Shown here in pieces: positions 17,650 to 27,431 of a DNA stretch of 64,000 nt. The position numbers were made by a program, and so were the translations under genes. The notes under the pieces were generated by a model. It was not told the DNA's origin. It worked only from the letters and a program-made list of their open reading frames with translations, and did no database searches. The first letter of the stretch is position 1; each line of letters starts with the position of its first letter. The stretch spans positions 4,352,001 through 4,416,000 of the forward strand of contig OZ242010.1 of NCBI GenBank assembly GCA_965204745.1, read 5' to 3'. The DNA comes from Candidatus Latescibacterota bacterium. GTDB taxonomy: Bacteria; Latescibacterota; UBA2968.

Positions 17650-18729
17650 ATGAGCAGCACTTATGGTCACGCATTTCGCATCACCACTTGGGGAGAGTCG
17701 CACGGCGGTGGGGTTGGCGTGGTGTTGGATGGATGCCCGCCCGGGCTGGAACTCGGCGAGGAAGACATTCAAATTGAACTCGACCGCCGCAAGCCGGGCC
17801 AGAGCAAAATCACTACGCAGCGCAAAGAAGATGACCGCGTGGAAATCCATTCGGGTATTTTTGAAGGCCAGACCCTGGGCACGCCCATCTCGATGGTGGT
17901 GTGGAACCAAGACGCGCGTGCCAAAGACTACGCTGAAATGCGGACCAAATACCGCCCCTCGCACGCGGATTACACGTATCAAAAAAAATACGGCATTCGC
18001 AACTGGCAAGGCGGCGGCAGAGCCAGCGCACGCGAAACCATTGGCCGGGTTGCAGCCGGGGCAGTTGCGCGCAAATTGCTCAAACGCGATTGCGACATCG
18101 ACATTATCGCCTATGTCCGCCAAGTTCACACCCTCGTTGCCGCCGTCGACCCCATCGCCATCACCCGCGAGCAGGTGGAGGCCAACATCGCCCGCGTGCC
18201 CAACCCCGAGATTGCCGAGCAAATCATTCAACGCATTGACGCGGCCCGCAAAGATGGCGATTCCCTCGGCGGCATCGTCGAGGCTATCGCCCATCGCGTT
18301 CCCCCCGGCTGGGGCGAGCCGATCTTTGACAAACTCGAAGCGGACTTGGCAAAAGCCATGCTCTCGTTGCCCGCGTGCAAGGGCTTTGAATCCGGTTCGG
18401 GCTTTGCCGGCCTCGCCATGACCGGCTCGACGCACAACGATCCGTTTTACAACGACGGCAACGGGATTCACACGCGCACCAACCATTCGGGCGGGATTCA
18501 GGGCGGCATCTCCAACGGCGAACCCGTCATCATCCGCGCGGCTTTCAAACCCACGGCCACGATTTTGACCGAACAGGAGACGGTTGACATTTACGGCAAT
18601 CCCACCACCCTCAAAGGCCGCGGTCGGCACGACCCCTGCGTCTTGCCCCGCGCCGTTCCCATTGTCGAAGCCATGATGGCCCTCGTACTCGCGGACCACT
18701 ACCTCCGCCAACGCGGGCAACGAGGGTGA
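17650..18729 (+). CDS. aroC: Chorismate synthase
   Basis: [35 protein letters not shown] and GRHDPCV motifs. Confidence 0.97.
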   Translation: MSSTYGHAFRITTWGESHGGGVGVVLDGCPPGLELGEEDIQIELDRRKPGQSKITTQRKEDDRVEIHSGIFEGQTLGTPISMVVWNQDARAKDYAEMRTKYRPSHADYTYQKKYGIRNWQGGGRASARETIGRVAAGAVARKLLKRDCDIDIIAYVRQVHTLVAAVDPIAITREQVEANIARVPNPEIAEQIIQRIDAARKDGDSLGGIVEAIAHRVPPGWGEPIFDKLEADLAKAMLSLPACKGFESGSGFAGLAMTGSTHNDPFYNDGNGIHTRTNHSGGIQGGISNGEPVIIRAAFKPTATILTEQETVDIYGNPTTLKGRGRHDPCVLPRAVPIVEAMMALVLADHYLRQRGQRG

Positions 18730-18838
18730 GCAATAAAATGCAGCATTGAAGGGATGTCTTGGCGAATAGCAAAAGAACGACAGCGTTTTCAAAACCCATT
18801 TATCAAAGCGCGAATCGCTATATCACCGAGGAAACATT

Positions 18839-20491
18839 ATGATTGACGCGCAACTATTCACCTGCATCAAAAACGCGGGGCCACGTGCCTATCGGTTTGC
18901 GTGGCGGAATTTCGCGCATCTCTTGAAGGATCGCGCAGAACGACAACCGCACAGCCCCGCATTGATATTTTGCGATAGCGATTCGGATACTCGCAACGTC
19001 ATCACCTATTCTGAATTTGAACGCCGCACCGCCGCGCTCGCGGGCCGGATGCACCGGGAATTTGGCATCCAGCGCGGCGACTGCGTTGGGCTTGCCCTGC
19101 CCAACTGCGCGGAAATCCCCTTGCTGACCCTCGCCCTGTTTCGCTTGGGCGCGACCTCTGTGCCCCTCGACCTCGCCAAAGACGTTCCCGCACGCAAACG
19201 CTACAAACTCAAAAACGCCGGCGCGCGCCTGCTCGTCGTTTTGCCCGGATACGCGGAGGCCCAACGCCGGGAAGTGCCCGATATCCAGATCGCAACAACC
19301 GAACAATTGCGCCCTGACGCGCCCGACGCGGATCTCGAACCCGAGTGGGCGGGCGATCCAAAATGCGAACAGCATTCCAACATCATCCTCTACACATCTG
19401 GCACGACGGGCCAGCCCAAGGGCGTGTGCATCACCCGGCAAAGCCTCGCGTCCAATGCGGATGGCATCATTCGCTGGCTCGGGTTTGACGCACGCGAACG
19501 CCTGTCATTGGTCTTGCCCCTCCACCACATCAACTCCACCACGTTCTCCATTGCCAGCCTGATGGCGGGCGCCTGTCTGATTCTCAACTCCCGGTACAGG
19601 GTCTCGGCATTTTGGCGCGTCATCGCGCGGGAACGGGCCACGTCTGCGAGTATTGTGCCGACGATCATGGCCGACCTCCTCGGCCGCGCAGCCGAGTTTG
19701 AACGCGAAGGCCACGATATTTCTCGGCTCGAGAAAATCATGATCGGCTCTGCGCCCGTGCCGCCCAATGTCGCGTGTCAATTTGTGGATCGCTTTGGCGT
19801 GCGCTTGGTGCAGGGCTATGGCTCGACCGAAGTCAGCTTGCGCGTGACCGGCGTGCCCCCGGAGTTGCCCGATGATCAATACCGCGATGTGCTCGAACAA
19901 AACGCCATCGGCGTCGAACTCGCCAACAACAATATCCGCATTGCCGGCAGTGCGGGCGAAGGCGAGATCGGCGAAATCCTCGTGCGCGGCCCGGTGGTTG
20001 CCAATGGCTATCTCAACCAACCCAAAGCCACTGCCGAGGTTTTTTGCAATGGCTGGTTCCACACCGGCGACATGGGGTATTACCGAGACATCCACGCTCG
20101 GCGGTTCTATTTCATGCACGGGCGAAAAAGGGAAATCATCATCAAAGGCGGGATCAACATCTCGCCCATCGCCGTCGAAAACGCCCTGCGAGACGCCTGC
20201 CCCGAACTCGACGCGGTCTATGTAATCGGCCTCTGCGATGACCGATGGGGCGAAGCTGTGGGCGCGGCAACCATTTTCAACCCCTCGGTCAAACATCCCG
20301 AACGCACGGCCCGAGATATTCTCCGACGCGGGCAAACCGGACACATCCCCGGCCTGAGCGCGTACGAGGCCCCGTCGCGCATCATCCCCATCACCCACGA
20401 GGACTTACCCCTCACCTCAACCGGCAAAGTCCAACGCAGTGCCCTGCGGGAGAGGGTTCAAAACGAGTGCGTGCCCATCCGCTCCGCCTAG
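18839..20491 (+). CDS. Class I adenylate-forming enzyme (acyl-CoA synthetase / AMP-binding family)
   Basis: YTSGTTGQPKG, QGYGSTE, WFHTGDMG and LPLTSTGKV motifs. Confidence 0.9.
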   Translation: MIDAQLFTCIKNAGPRAYRFAWRNFAHLLKDRAERQPHSPALIFCDSDSDTRNVITYSEFERRTAALAGRMHREFGIQRGDCVGLALPNCAEIPLLTLALFRLGATSVPLDLAKDVPARKRYKLKNAGARLLVVLPGYAEAQRREVPDIQIATTEQLRPDAPDADLEPEWAGDPKCEQHSNIILYTSGTTGQPKGVCITRQSLASNADGIIRWLGFDARERLSLVLPLHHINSTTFSIASLMAGACLILNSRYRVSAFWRVIARERATSASIVPTIMADLLGRAAEFEREGHDISRLEKIMIGSAPVPPNVACQFVDRFGVRLVQGYGSTEVSLRVTGVPPELPDDQYRDVLEQNAIGVELANNNIRIAGSAGEGEIGEILVRGPVVANGYLNQPKATAEVFCNGWFHTGDMGYYRDIHARRFYFMHGRKREIIIKGGINISPIAVENALRDACPELDAVYVIGLCDDRWGEAVGAATIFNPSVKHPERTARDILRRGQTGHIPGLSAYEAPSRIIPITHEDLPLTSTGKVQRSALRERVQNECVPIRSA

Positions 20492-20514
20492 CCACCCGTG
20501 CGTGCCCTACCGCC

Positions 20515-21190
20515 ATAGACCTATCCCCCGGCCCCTTTCCTACGGGAAAGGAGAGTAGAGTTCCTTTGATGGCTTATATCTATGCTTGTTCTGATGGCTT
20601 TGCGCGAATGGATCGCGCCATAGAAACCCAATCTCGCACAAATCCCTCGCAAGACCCATCGCCATTCCCCCTTCCTTTTAGGAAGGGGGCCCAGGGGGTA
20701 GGTCCCAATCCCGCGCAGGACCTATCCCCCGGCCCCTTTCCTACGAGGAAAGGGGAGTAAAGCTCCTTTGATGGCTTATATCTATGCTTGTTCTGATGGC
20801 TTTGCGCGAATGGATCGCGCCATAGAAACCCAATCTCGCACAAATCCCTCGCAAAATCCATCGCCATTCCCCCTTCCTTTTAGGAAGGGGGCCAGGGGGT
20901 AGGTCCCACCTCGCAAAACCTATCCCCCCGGCCCCCGTTATTCGCTTCGCTCATTGTAGGCTACGCCTGTGCCTACAAGGAAGGGGAGCGCATGGCTTTT
21001 TGAAGTTTGTATCCTTGGCTGTTCTGATGGCGTTTGGGACCTATCCCCCGGCCCCTTTCCTACGAGGAAAGGGGAGTAAAGTTCCTTTGATGGCTTATAT
21101 CAATGGCTACTCTGATGGCGTTGTGCGAGGGCATAAAGCGATTAAAAATCCCTCATCATTCCCCTCGCCATTCCTCTCGCCATTCCCCCT
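20515..21190. repeat. Array of the REP-like hairpin family in alternating orientation, including a ~200-bp direct duplication
   Basis: 20517-20707 is nearly identical to 20719-20908; a further unit at ~21038-21077; same hairpin as at 981 and 17215. Confidence 0.9.
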
Positions 21191-21359
21191 GAGGTTGCAT
21201 AGACAAGGTCGGTAGGCTTGGCGCGAATGGTCGGGACGCGAACCCGAGCGCACACCAGATCCCTTACAAACCCCTCATCACAGGAGGCCCCCTATGTCGA
21301 ACTCTCACCCCGCTTTTGCCGGCATTGATGTCCGTGCCCGCACGTTGTCCATTGCCTTG
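21186..21359 (+). pseudogene. IS110 remnant: 3' part of the non-coding left end plus the first ~22 codons of the recombinase
   Basis: Near identity to the reverse complement of ~31925-32098; MSNSHPAFAGIDVRARTLSIAL vs MSKSHPAFAGIDVSARTLSVAL. Confidence 0.9.
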
Positions 21360-21523
21360 ATGATGCGTTGGGCAATCGGATTTTTTGGGGGTTGTTCCGA
21401 CAATGGCTCTTGCCCTTTGGCTTTCCATGTTAGAAATTCGAGGTACTCTTTCAGTTGTTCCGCCTCTCTATCTGGAAGCCCATCCACGGTCTTACGTATC
21501 CATTCTCTTGTTGGCGTCTGCAT
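21305..21523 (-). CDS. Small DUF2281-like (antitoxin-like) protein; 3' end replaced by the IS110 remnant
   Basis: VDGLPDREAEQLKEYLEFL; AAGGAG RBS; promoter TTGACA-17-TACATT at 21600-21572. Confidence 0.55.
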   Translation of the reverse strand: MQTPTREWIRKTVDGLPDREAEQLKEYLEFLTWKAKGQEPLSEQPPKNPIAQRIIKAMDNVRARTSMPAKAG

Positions 21524-21684
21524 GATCGTTCTCTCCTTAGCTGTATCTTCTACTGTTGTCGGATTGGGTTGAATGTACATAGTGAGATGGGTATTGTCAA
21601 TTGTGTATGGCCTGTTTTGGACATTTGCTGGTTGCCTCAACCGAAGAGGAAAGAGACAAGGCGGAAGGCAAGGGAAAGGTCAAA

Positions 21685-21727
21685 AAAAGAAAAGGGTCGT
21701 ACGAAAAATCGCACGACCCTTTTTTGC
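21685..21727. terminator. Bidirectional intrinsic terminator
   Basis: AAAAGGGTCGT...ACGACCCTTTTTT. Confidence 0.8.
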
Positions 21728-21766
21728 TGTCTCTACGAATCAGTGGCCTAATCAGTTGAAGATTTG

Positions 21767-23116
21767 TCAGTAACGGTTATTTCGCATTTTCTCGAGTTCC
21801 GCCCTGACCAAATCAAACGGCAATTTGAAGAAATTGAAATGCTCATAAAGCGGCGACAGTAAAGGATGAATAATCTCCGCGAGATTGTCTTTTATCTGTT
21901 GCTGAGTGATATGTTCCTTCACTGTGACCTCATCTGTATGCGATTTGTAGTAAATACCGGAGGATATAAACTGGTTACGATACATATTGGTCAAAACCCG
22001 TTCCTTCAATCCTGTGAAGCGGCAGTAAATGGCAATTTGATCTACCTCGTCAAATGTTTCTGCAAATCGGCTTGCAAATAACAACCCCTCGCCAATACGC
22101 AAAATTGAGGGGGTGACGCTAAACAGGCGACCAGGATTACTTTGATCAATCCTTGGACTATCCTCAAAATACCCACGGATAGTATAGAGTTTTCCATCGC
22201 GTGAAACTCGCCAAAAATCACAAGTTGATGGATCAGTGGGTCTCCCACCGGTGGGAGATGGACGACCAACCCATGCTTCTACAAAGTCCTTATCATAAGG
22301 ATATGGCCTCCATTCTGGTATATTATTTAAATTTAAGAATGGGGTCCATCCTGACAAGTTGATCCGTCTTGCAACATCAAGACGTTTTTGTAGTTCAGAT
22401 AAGCTCACCGGTTCCGCACCCACTAAAGCAAAACCCATCTCATAATAGCCATGTGGGAACCGAGATGGAGAAGCGGCAGGCTCATTTGCCACCAATTCTT
22501 CCCAACGATCACGGGTAGCAGTGCAGTAAGCCTCCAACTCGTCAAGCGTACTGGGTCTTGGGGGTTGTGTTTCGACACTTCCCGTGATAATAGATCGGAT
22601 CGCTTCGAGCATATCGTCTCGCGTAGCCCTTACGCAGCGATTGAGCAAAGTACGCCATTCATCCGCTGTCTTTGGTTCCTCGCTTCGTGGACCTGGTTTC
22701 CGAATGTAGCAACGGTGCTGGGCGATGTTTTCTAGACTTTCGCGCTTACTCATTACAGGTACAGTGAGTGTACCTGGCACAACGATAACCGGATGCTCTA
22801 CATTTGTGTCTGAACTTCGTACAGGATGCATCTCGCAGTGAAATTCTGGTTCGGCATATCGACATATGGCTCCGTTTATGGCGTCTTGTGTAATCGCCGG
22901 AATGGCTTTCGGACGTTGTTGTGAAGCAAGGATTTGGCCCTGCTCTTCAAATCCAAGGACGATGAACCCGCCGCCATGGTTGGCTAAAGCAATGGCCGCC
23001 TTAGCGAGTTTTGCTTTGTCCTCATTTTTTTTCAGATCTAGCCAACTCTTGTACTCGTAAGCAAGGTCTTCCCTTGGTTGATCAACAAGTGGCTGAATAT
23101 CTTCTCTAAGTGGCAT
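21767..23116 (-). CDS. Schlafen/AlbA_2-domain protein with an uncharacterised C-terminal domain
   Basis: EDLAYEYKSWLDL...KAAIALANHGGGFIVLGF; AT-richer than its flanks; AAGGAG RBS. Confidence 0.8.
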   Translation of the reverse strand: MPLREDIQPLVDQPREDLAYEYKSWLDLKKNEDKAKLAKAAIALANHGGGFIVLGFEEQGQILASQQRPKAIPAITQDAINGAICRYAEPEFHCEMHPVRSSDTNVEHPVIVVPGTLTVPVMSKRESLENIAQHRCYIRKPGPRSEEPKTADEWRTLLNRCVRATRDDMLEAIRSIITGSVETQPPRPSTLDELEAYCTATRDRWEELVANEPAASPSRFPHGYYEMGFALVGAEPVSLSELQKRLDVARRINLSGWTPFLNLNNIPEWRPYPYDKDFVEAWVGRPSPTGGRPTDPSTCDFWRVSRDGKLYTIRGYFEDSPRIDQSNPGRLFSVTPSILRIGEGLLFASRFAETFDEVDQIAIYCRFTGLKERVLTNMYRNQFISSGIYYKSHTDEVTVKEHITQQQIKDNLAEIIHPLLSPLYEHFNFFKLPFDLVRAELEKMRNNRY

Positions 23117-23317
23117 AACAAATCTCTCCTTGTGCTTATTTTTGGGGATTTCGCGCCTTTCTGCGTGTCCTTAGTGTTTTCCTTGTGGATTCACCTCTCC
23201 CCTTCTAATCTGCATTTATCGACGTTTTGAGTTGTGATACAGTTGTGGTTTGCACGGCATCTCCCTATGGGTCAAAAGGCGATTCAAAACGCGTCGGTTG
23301 AGGAGACTGACCACTTC

Positions 23318-26300
23318 CTACTTCCCTCCAACATCCGTAATGAATCCAAACAACAACGTAAAATAAATTTTCAACCCACTGCGTTCAAGGGGATCGCCAG
23401 CGCGTTGCAAGGGCACATGGTCAAAGCCGTAGGCCACGTCCAGACTGGCGCGCGTGGGGAAGAGGTAAAACGAGGTCGCGTCATAGCGCAACTGCGCGCC
23501 CAATTCGCGCTTCCAGCCGCGGTTGAGCACCGCATCGTCCGCCGTGCCATCCCAGGCGCGTCCGAGGCCGGCAAAGAGCGCGCCGTAGAGTTGATCGGAG
23601 TAGATCGGGCCGGTTTGTTGGTCGATGCGCGACAAGATGGGAAAGCGATAGGTCGAGCGCAACATCAGGGCGCGGCGGCCCTCCATGCTGTAAAACGTAT
23701 AGCCCTTCATGCCGGGCAAGCCGCCGAGAAAAAAGTCAAACGCGTCGTCGACCGCGCTGTCGATCAGGCCCCCGAAAACCCGGAAACTCAACGCGCTCGG
23801 CCCGGGGCCAAGGGGGATAAATTCGTTCCAATCCAGCGAGAATCGGTTGTAAAAATACCGGTCATACGTTTCGATGAGCAGCGAGGTATTTTCCTCAAAC
23901 CCGCTGATAAACCAGTTGAAATACCGGTGGTAGCGCAACGCGACGCGGCGGCCAGAGCGGGGGTTGATCGCCGAATCGCGGAACCGGCCCGTGGCATCGA
24001 GGCGATAGGTCAGCGCGAGGTCAAAGCCGTTGAGGGTGGTCGCGCCCACAACCTCGCGGTTGAGGCCGTTGAACCGCGCTTGATCCAGCACCGCGCCCGT
24101 GCGGTTGTACGCGAGACGCGCGTCGATGAGCCCGCCGCGTGCCATCGCGTAGTTGCCGCCGATTTCAATGCCGGTCAGCGTGAATGTGCGGTCGTAGATG
24201 CGAAAGTCCTCGTCGCGGCTGATCACGTCTTCCTCGACGTGGCGCGACAGGCGATAGGCTTCCAAGAAGAATGTGGGCCGGCGTTTGCGGTATTCGTAAA
24301 GGGCGTAGAGATCCATGTCCAAGTCGTGGGCGATCAGGCCGCTGATGACAAAGGTTTGTTTTCGCAACACATCGTCCGACCCGGCTATCGCGCCGAATTT
24401 GAACTTGCCGCTGTCAACCGCTAGGCGCGGGAGGATGGTGGTGGTCGAAAATTCACTCCTGTAAGGGCGGCTGCCTGGCGCGGGTTTGGGCATTGCGGGC
24501 ACGAGGGGTTTGACCTGAAAGATGCCGGGATCCACGGGTTCGTTCAATGGCCGGGCGAGCACGCGGATTTCGTAGGCGTTTTTGCCGTAATGGGCAAAGG
24601 CGATGCGGTCGCCTTCGGGATGCACATGGGGTTGAAACGCGCCGCCGTACACGCGGGTGAGGCGGCTGATCGCGCCGTCGGATAGATCGACGCGATACAA
24701 GTTGAAAATGCCGTCATGGTCAGAGGCAAAGACGATAGCCGATCCATCGGGCGTCCAGCAGGGGTCGCGGTCCGTTTCGCCAGAGGCGATCCGCACCGCG
24801 TAATCGCCCCCGGTCGCGGGGATGGTGGCGATGTCGCGCGATGTGCCGACTCGGTAGATCGAAAAGGCGATATGCGACCCATCCGGCGACCAGCGCGGGG
24901 TGGCGACCTGTGACCCATCTGAAAAGTGCGTGAGATAGCGCGTTTCCCCGGTGGTTGCGTCCAAAATCCCGAGGTTGGTGTTGCCCCCGCCATTTTTGAC
25001 AAAGGCGATTTGCGACCCATCCGGCGAGTAGGCCGGGTGCATGCCGCGCAAGCCATGGCTCAAGCGCGTTTCCCCCGGGAACGTGTCGTTCCCCAGGCCG
25101 ATGGCATTTTTGACGCTTTGAACCACGCCTGATTTTTCGGTCTCGAGATCCATCGTATAGAGGTCCCAGTGCCGAGAGCCGTATTTGTCGGGCTGGCTGT
25201 GGCGCGCATAGAGGACGCACCCGCTCTCGGGCGACCAGTCCCAAGCCGTCACCGCGACCGGGGCGATGCGTTCTGTGCTGCTGTCCGCGAGGGTATAAAC
25301 CATCAAACCCGTGCGCCCGTAATCGCGGCCTCGGTTGGAGAGAAAGGCGAGTTGCGCGCCGTCGGGCGACCAGCGGGGGTGCAGGTTGAGATAGCCATCT
25401 CCGTAAATGAGATCGCCCTGCGCGGGATCGGCCTCGATTTGCGCGACTTGATCCGCGTACCGTTTTTTGAGCGATGTGACCCAGCGGTCGTGCAATTCGC
25501 GCTCCGAGATGCCCAGCGCGGCCCGAACCGCGCCGCCAAAATCCGTGCGCCACCAGACCTTCATCTGCCGATACAATTCCGGGAGTTTGTCGCGCCCATA
25601 CGCATCGGCGATAAACGAGGTGAGCGAATAGCCGTGGTCATACACTTTTTCAAACCCGAGACCGGTCTTCGCGCCAAAAACGCCCATTTCGCTGCGCGTG
25701 AGCAGGGTGTTGTTGCGCGTGGCTTGGCGCAAGATCATATCCCGGTGCGAGTCCCAGCGGTCGTGCTTTGCCCCCGGCGCCATGTATTGCGCCGTGCCCT
25801 CGGCGAACCACGGCGGGATAATGGTGGCGGGAATGACGTAGGCAGCCAAAACATTGGGGTACCCGTCCAAGATGTCGTCGCGCTTGCCCTCGCCCTGATA
25901 GCGCAAGTAGTTGACGAGCAACCCGGGCATGCGCCGCGAGGCTTTGCGCGCGGTTTGCAGGGCGATGATGTGCGTCAGTTCGTGCGCGAGCACATTGGGC
26001 AGCCAATCCGTGGCGCCGCGCAGTGCAAAGTCGAGATTGGACACCCAGATTTCAATGGTGTTGTGATAATAATACGCCGCGCCATTGGCGTAGTCTTCGG
26101 TGTCTTTGAGGAGGATGCGGACCTTGGAATCGGGTTCAAAATCGTAAAATGCCGAGATCGGGCCATAAACATCTTCGGCGATTTGGGCCGCACGCGGGGC
26201 CAAGTTTTCCAAGCCCTGATGAAAATAGACCTTGAAATGCTCGGTCTCTATCACGCGCCAGTCCAGTTCCGGATGATTGGCGTCAAACTGCGCCATCGCG

Positions 26301-26353
26301 GGCGCGCCCAGCGCGAGGAAGATGAACAGGAGTTGTGCGAATTTGTGGTGCAT
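23318..26353 (-). CDS. Outer-membrane protein: gluzincin/peptidase-MA-like domain + PD40 (TolB-like) beta-propeller + Omp85-like barrel
   Basis: Signal peptide; AHELTH...WFAEG; repeated PRWSPDG; FFLGGLPGMKGY loop resembling the Omp85 (V)RG(Y/F) motif. Confidence 0.75.
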   Translation of the reverse strand: MHHKFAQLLFIFLALGAPAMAQFDANHPELDWRVIETEHFKVYFHQGLENLAPRAAQIAEDVYGPISAFYDFEPDSKVRILLKDTEDYANGAAYYYHNTIEIWVSNLDFALRGATDWLPNVLAHELTHIIALQTARKASRRMPGLLVNYLRYQGEGKRDDILDGYPNVLAAYVIPATIIPPWFAEGTAQYMAPGAKHDRWDSHRDMILRQATRNNTLLTRSEMGVFGAKTGLGFEKVYDHGYSLTSFIADAYGRDKLPELYRQMKVWWRTDFGGAVRAALGISERELHDRWVTSLKKRYADQVAQIEADPAQGDLIYGDGYLNLHPRWSPDGAQLAFLSNRGRDYGRTGLMVYTLADSSTERIAPVAVTAWDWSPESGCVLYARHSQPDKYGSRHWDLYTMDLETEKSGVVQSVKNAIGLGNDTFPGETRLSHGLRGMHPAYSPDGSQIAFVKNGGGNTNLGILDATTGETRYLTHFSDGSQVATPRWSPDGSHIAFSIYRVGTSRDIATIPATGGDYAVRIASGETDRDPCWTPDGSAIVFASDHDGIFNLYRVDLSDGAISRLTRVYGGAFQPHVHPEGDRIAFAHYGKNAYEIRVLARPLNEPVDPGIFQVKPLVPAMPKPAPGSRPYRSEFSTTTILPRLAVDSGKFKFGAIAGSDDVLRKQTFVISGLIAHDLDMDLYALYEYRKRRPTFFLEAYRLSRHVEEDVISRDEDFRIYDRTFTLTGIEIGGNYAMARGGLIDARLAYNRTGAVLDQARFNGLNREVVGATTLNGFDLALTYRLDATGRFRDSAINPRSGRRVALRYHRYFNWFISGFEENTSLLIETYDRYFYNRFSLDWNEFIPLGPGPSALSFRVFGGLIDSAVDDAFDFFLGGLPGMKGYTFYSMEGRRALMLRSTYRFPILSRIDQQTGPIYSDQLYGALFAGLGRAWDGTADDAVLNRGWKRELGAQLRYDATSFYLFPTRASLDVAYGFDHVPLQRAGDPLERSGLKIYFTLLFGFITDVGGK

Positions 26354-26398
26354 AAATTTCCTTCAACCGCCATGACGCCGCAACAATGCCGCCATTAT

Positions 26399-27373
26399 TT
26401 ACCCCTCCACCTTCGCATTGGCAAACAAATTACTGACGGATTCATCGTTGTTGATGCGGCGGATGGATTCGGCGAGAATGGGGGCCACGGAGAGCACCTT
26501 GATTTTCCCATTGCAGGCGCTTTTGGGCACGGGAATGGAGTTGGAGACCACGAGTTCTGTGAGCACGGAATTTTCCACGTATTCAACCGCGGGGTCTGCC
26601 AGAACCGGGTGGACGATAGTGGCGCGAATCTCGCACGCGCCTTTGTCTTTGAGCGCGGCAGCGGCTTTGGTGAGGGAGCCGCCCGTGGAGATAATGTCAT
26701 CGACGAGGAGGGCGTTTTTGTCTTTGACTTCGCCGATGATGTTCATGACCTCGATCCGTTGCCCACTCCAGCGGCGTTTATCCACAATCGCCAATGACGC
26801 GCCGAGGAGTTCGGCGTACGCACGCGCCATTTTGATGCCGCCGACATCGGGCGCGACGACGACGAGGTCTTCGAGGTTTTGTCGCTTGAAGTATTCGCCC
26901 AAAACATTGATGGAATAGAGGTGGTCGACCGGAATGTCGAAGAAGCCCTGGATCTGATTGGCGTGCAGGTCCAAGGTGAGCACGCGCCGCGCCCCGGCCG
27001 TGTAGATCATGTTGGCGATCAGTTTGGCGGTGATGGGCACGCGGGGGCGGTCTTTGCGATCTTGTCGCGCGTAGCCATAGTAGGGCACGACCGCGGTGAT
27101 GCGCCGAGCAGAGGCGCGCCGCGCCGCGTCGATCAAGACGAGCAGTTCCATCAAGGCATCGTTGGGCGAGATGCCCCGTTCTGTGTTTGTGCAAATGGGT
27201 TGCACGATAAACACGTCGCAACCGCGCACGTTTTCGTCAATTTGCACATGCGTTTCGCCGCCGGAAAAGCTGGTCACAGTGGCTTCGGCGAGCCGCGTGT
27301 CCAAAACGCGGCTGATGTCTTCGGCCAAGGGCCGGTTGGCATTGCCGGAAAAAATTTTGAGATCGTACCCCAT
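26399..27373 (-). CDS. prs: Ribose-phosphate pyrophosphokinase
   Basis: PYYGYARQDRK, DLHANQIQGFF, APDVGG and LVDDIISTGGS motifs. Confidence 0.97.
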   Translation of the reverse strand: MGYDLKIFSGNANRPLAEDISRVLDTRLAEATVTSFSGGETHVQIDENVRGCDVFIVQPICTNTERGISPNDALMELLVLIDAARRASARRITAVVPYYGYARQDRKDRPRVPITAKLIANMIYTAGARRVLTLDLHANQIQGFFDIPVDHLYSINVLGEYFKRQNLEDLVVVAPDVGGIKMARAYAELLGASLAIVDKRRWSGQRIEVMNIIGEVKDKNALLVDDIISTGGSLTKAAAALKDKGACEIRATIVHPVLADPAVEYVENSVLTELVVSNSIPVPKSACNGKIKVLSVAPILAESIRRINNDESVSNLFANAKVEG

Positions 27374-27431
27374 GGTTCTCCCTCCTGTTGTCGAGCGGTG
27401 AACGGGCAATATACGGGCGAGCGGATGCGGA

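Noticed and set aside
18839-20491. Assigning menE because the gene follows aroC
   Set aside because: Only generic adenylate-forming motifs are visible and no other men genes are nearby.
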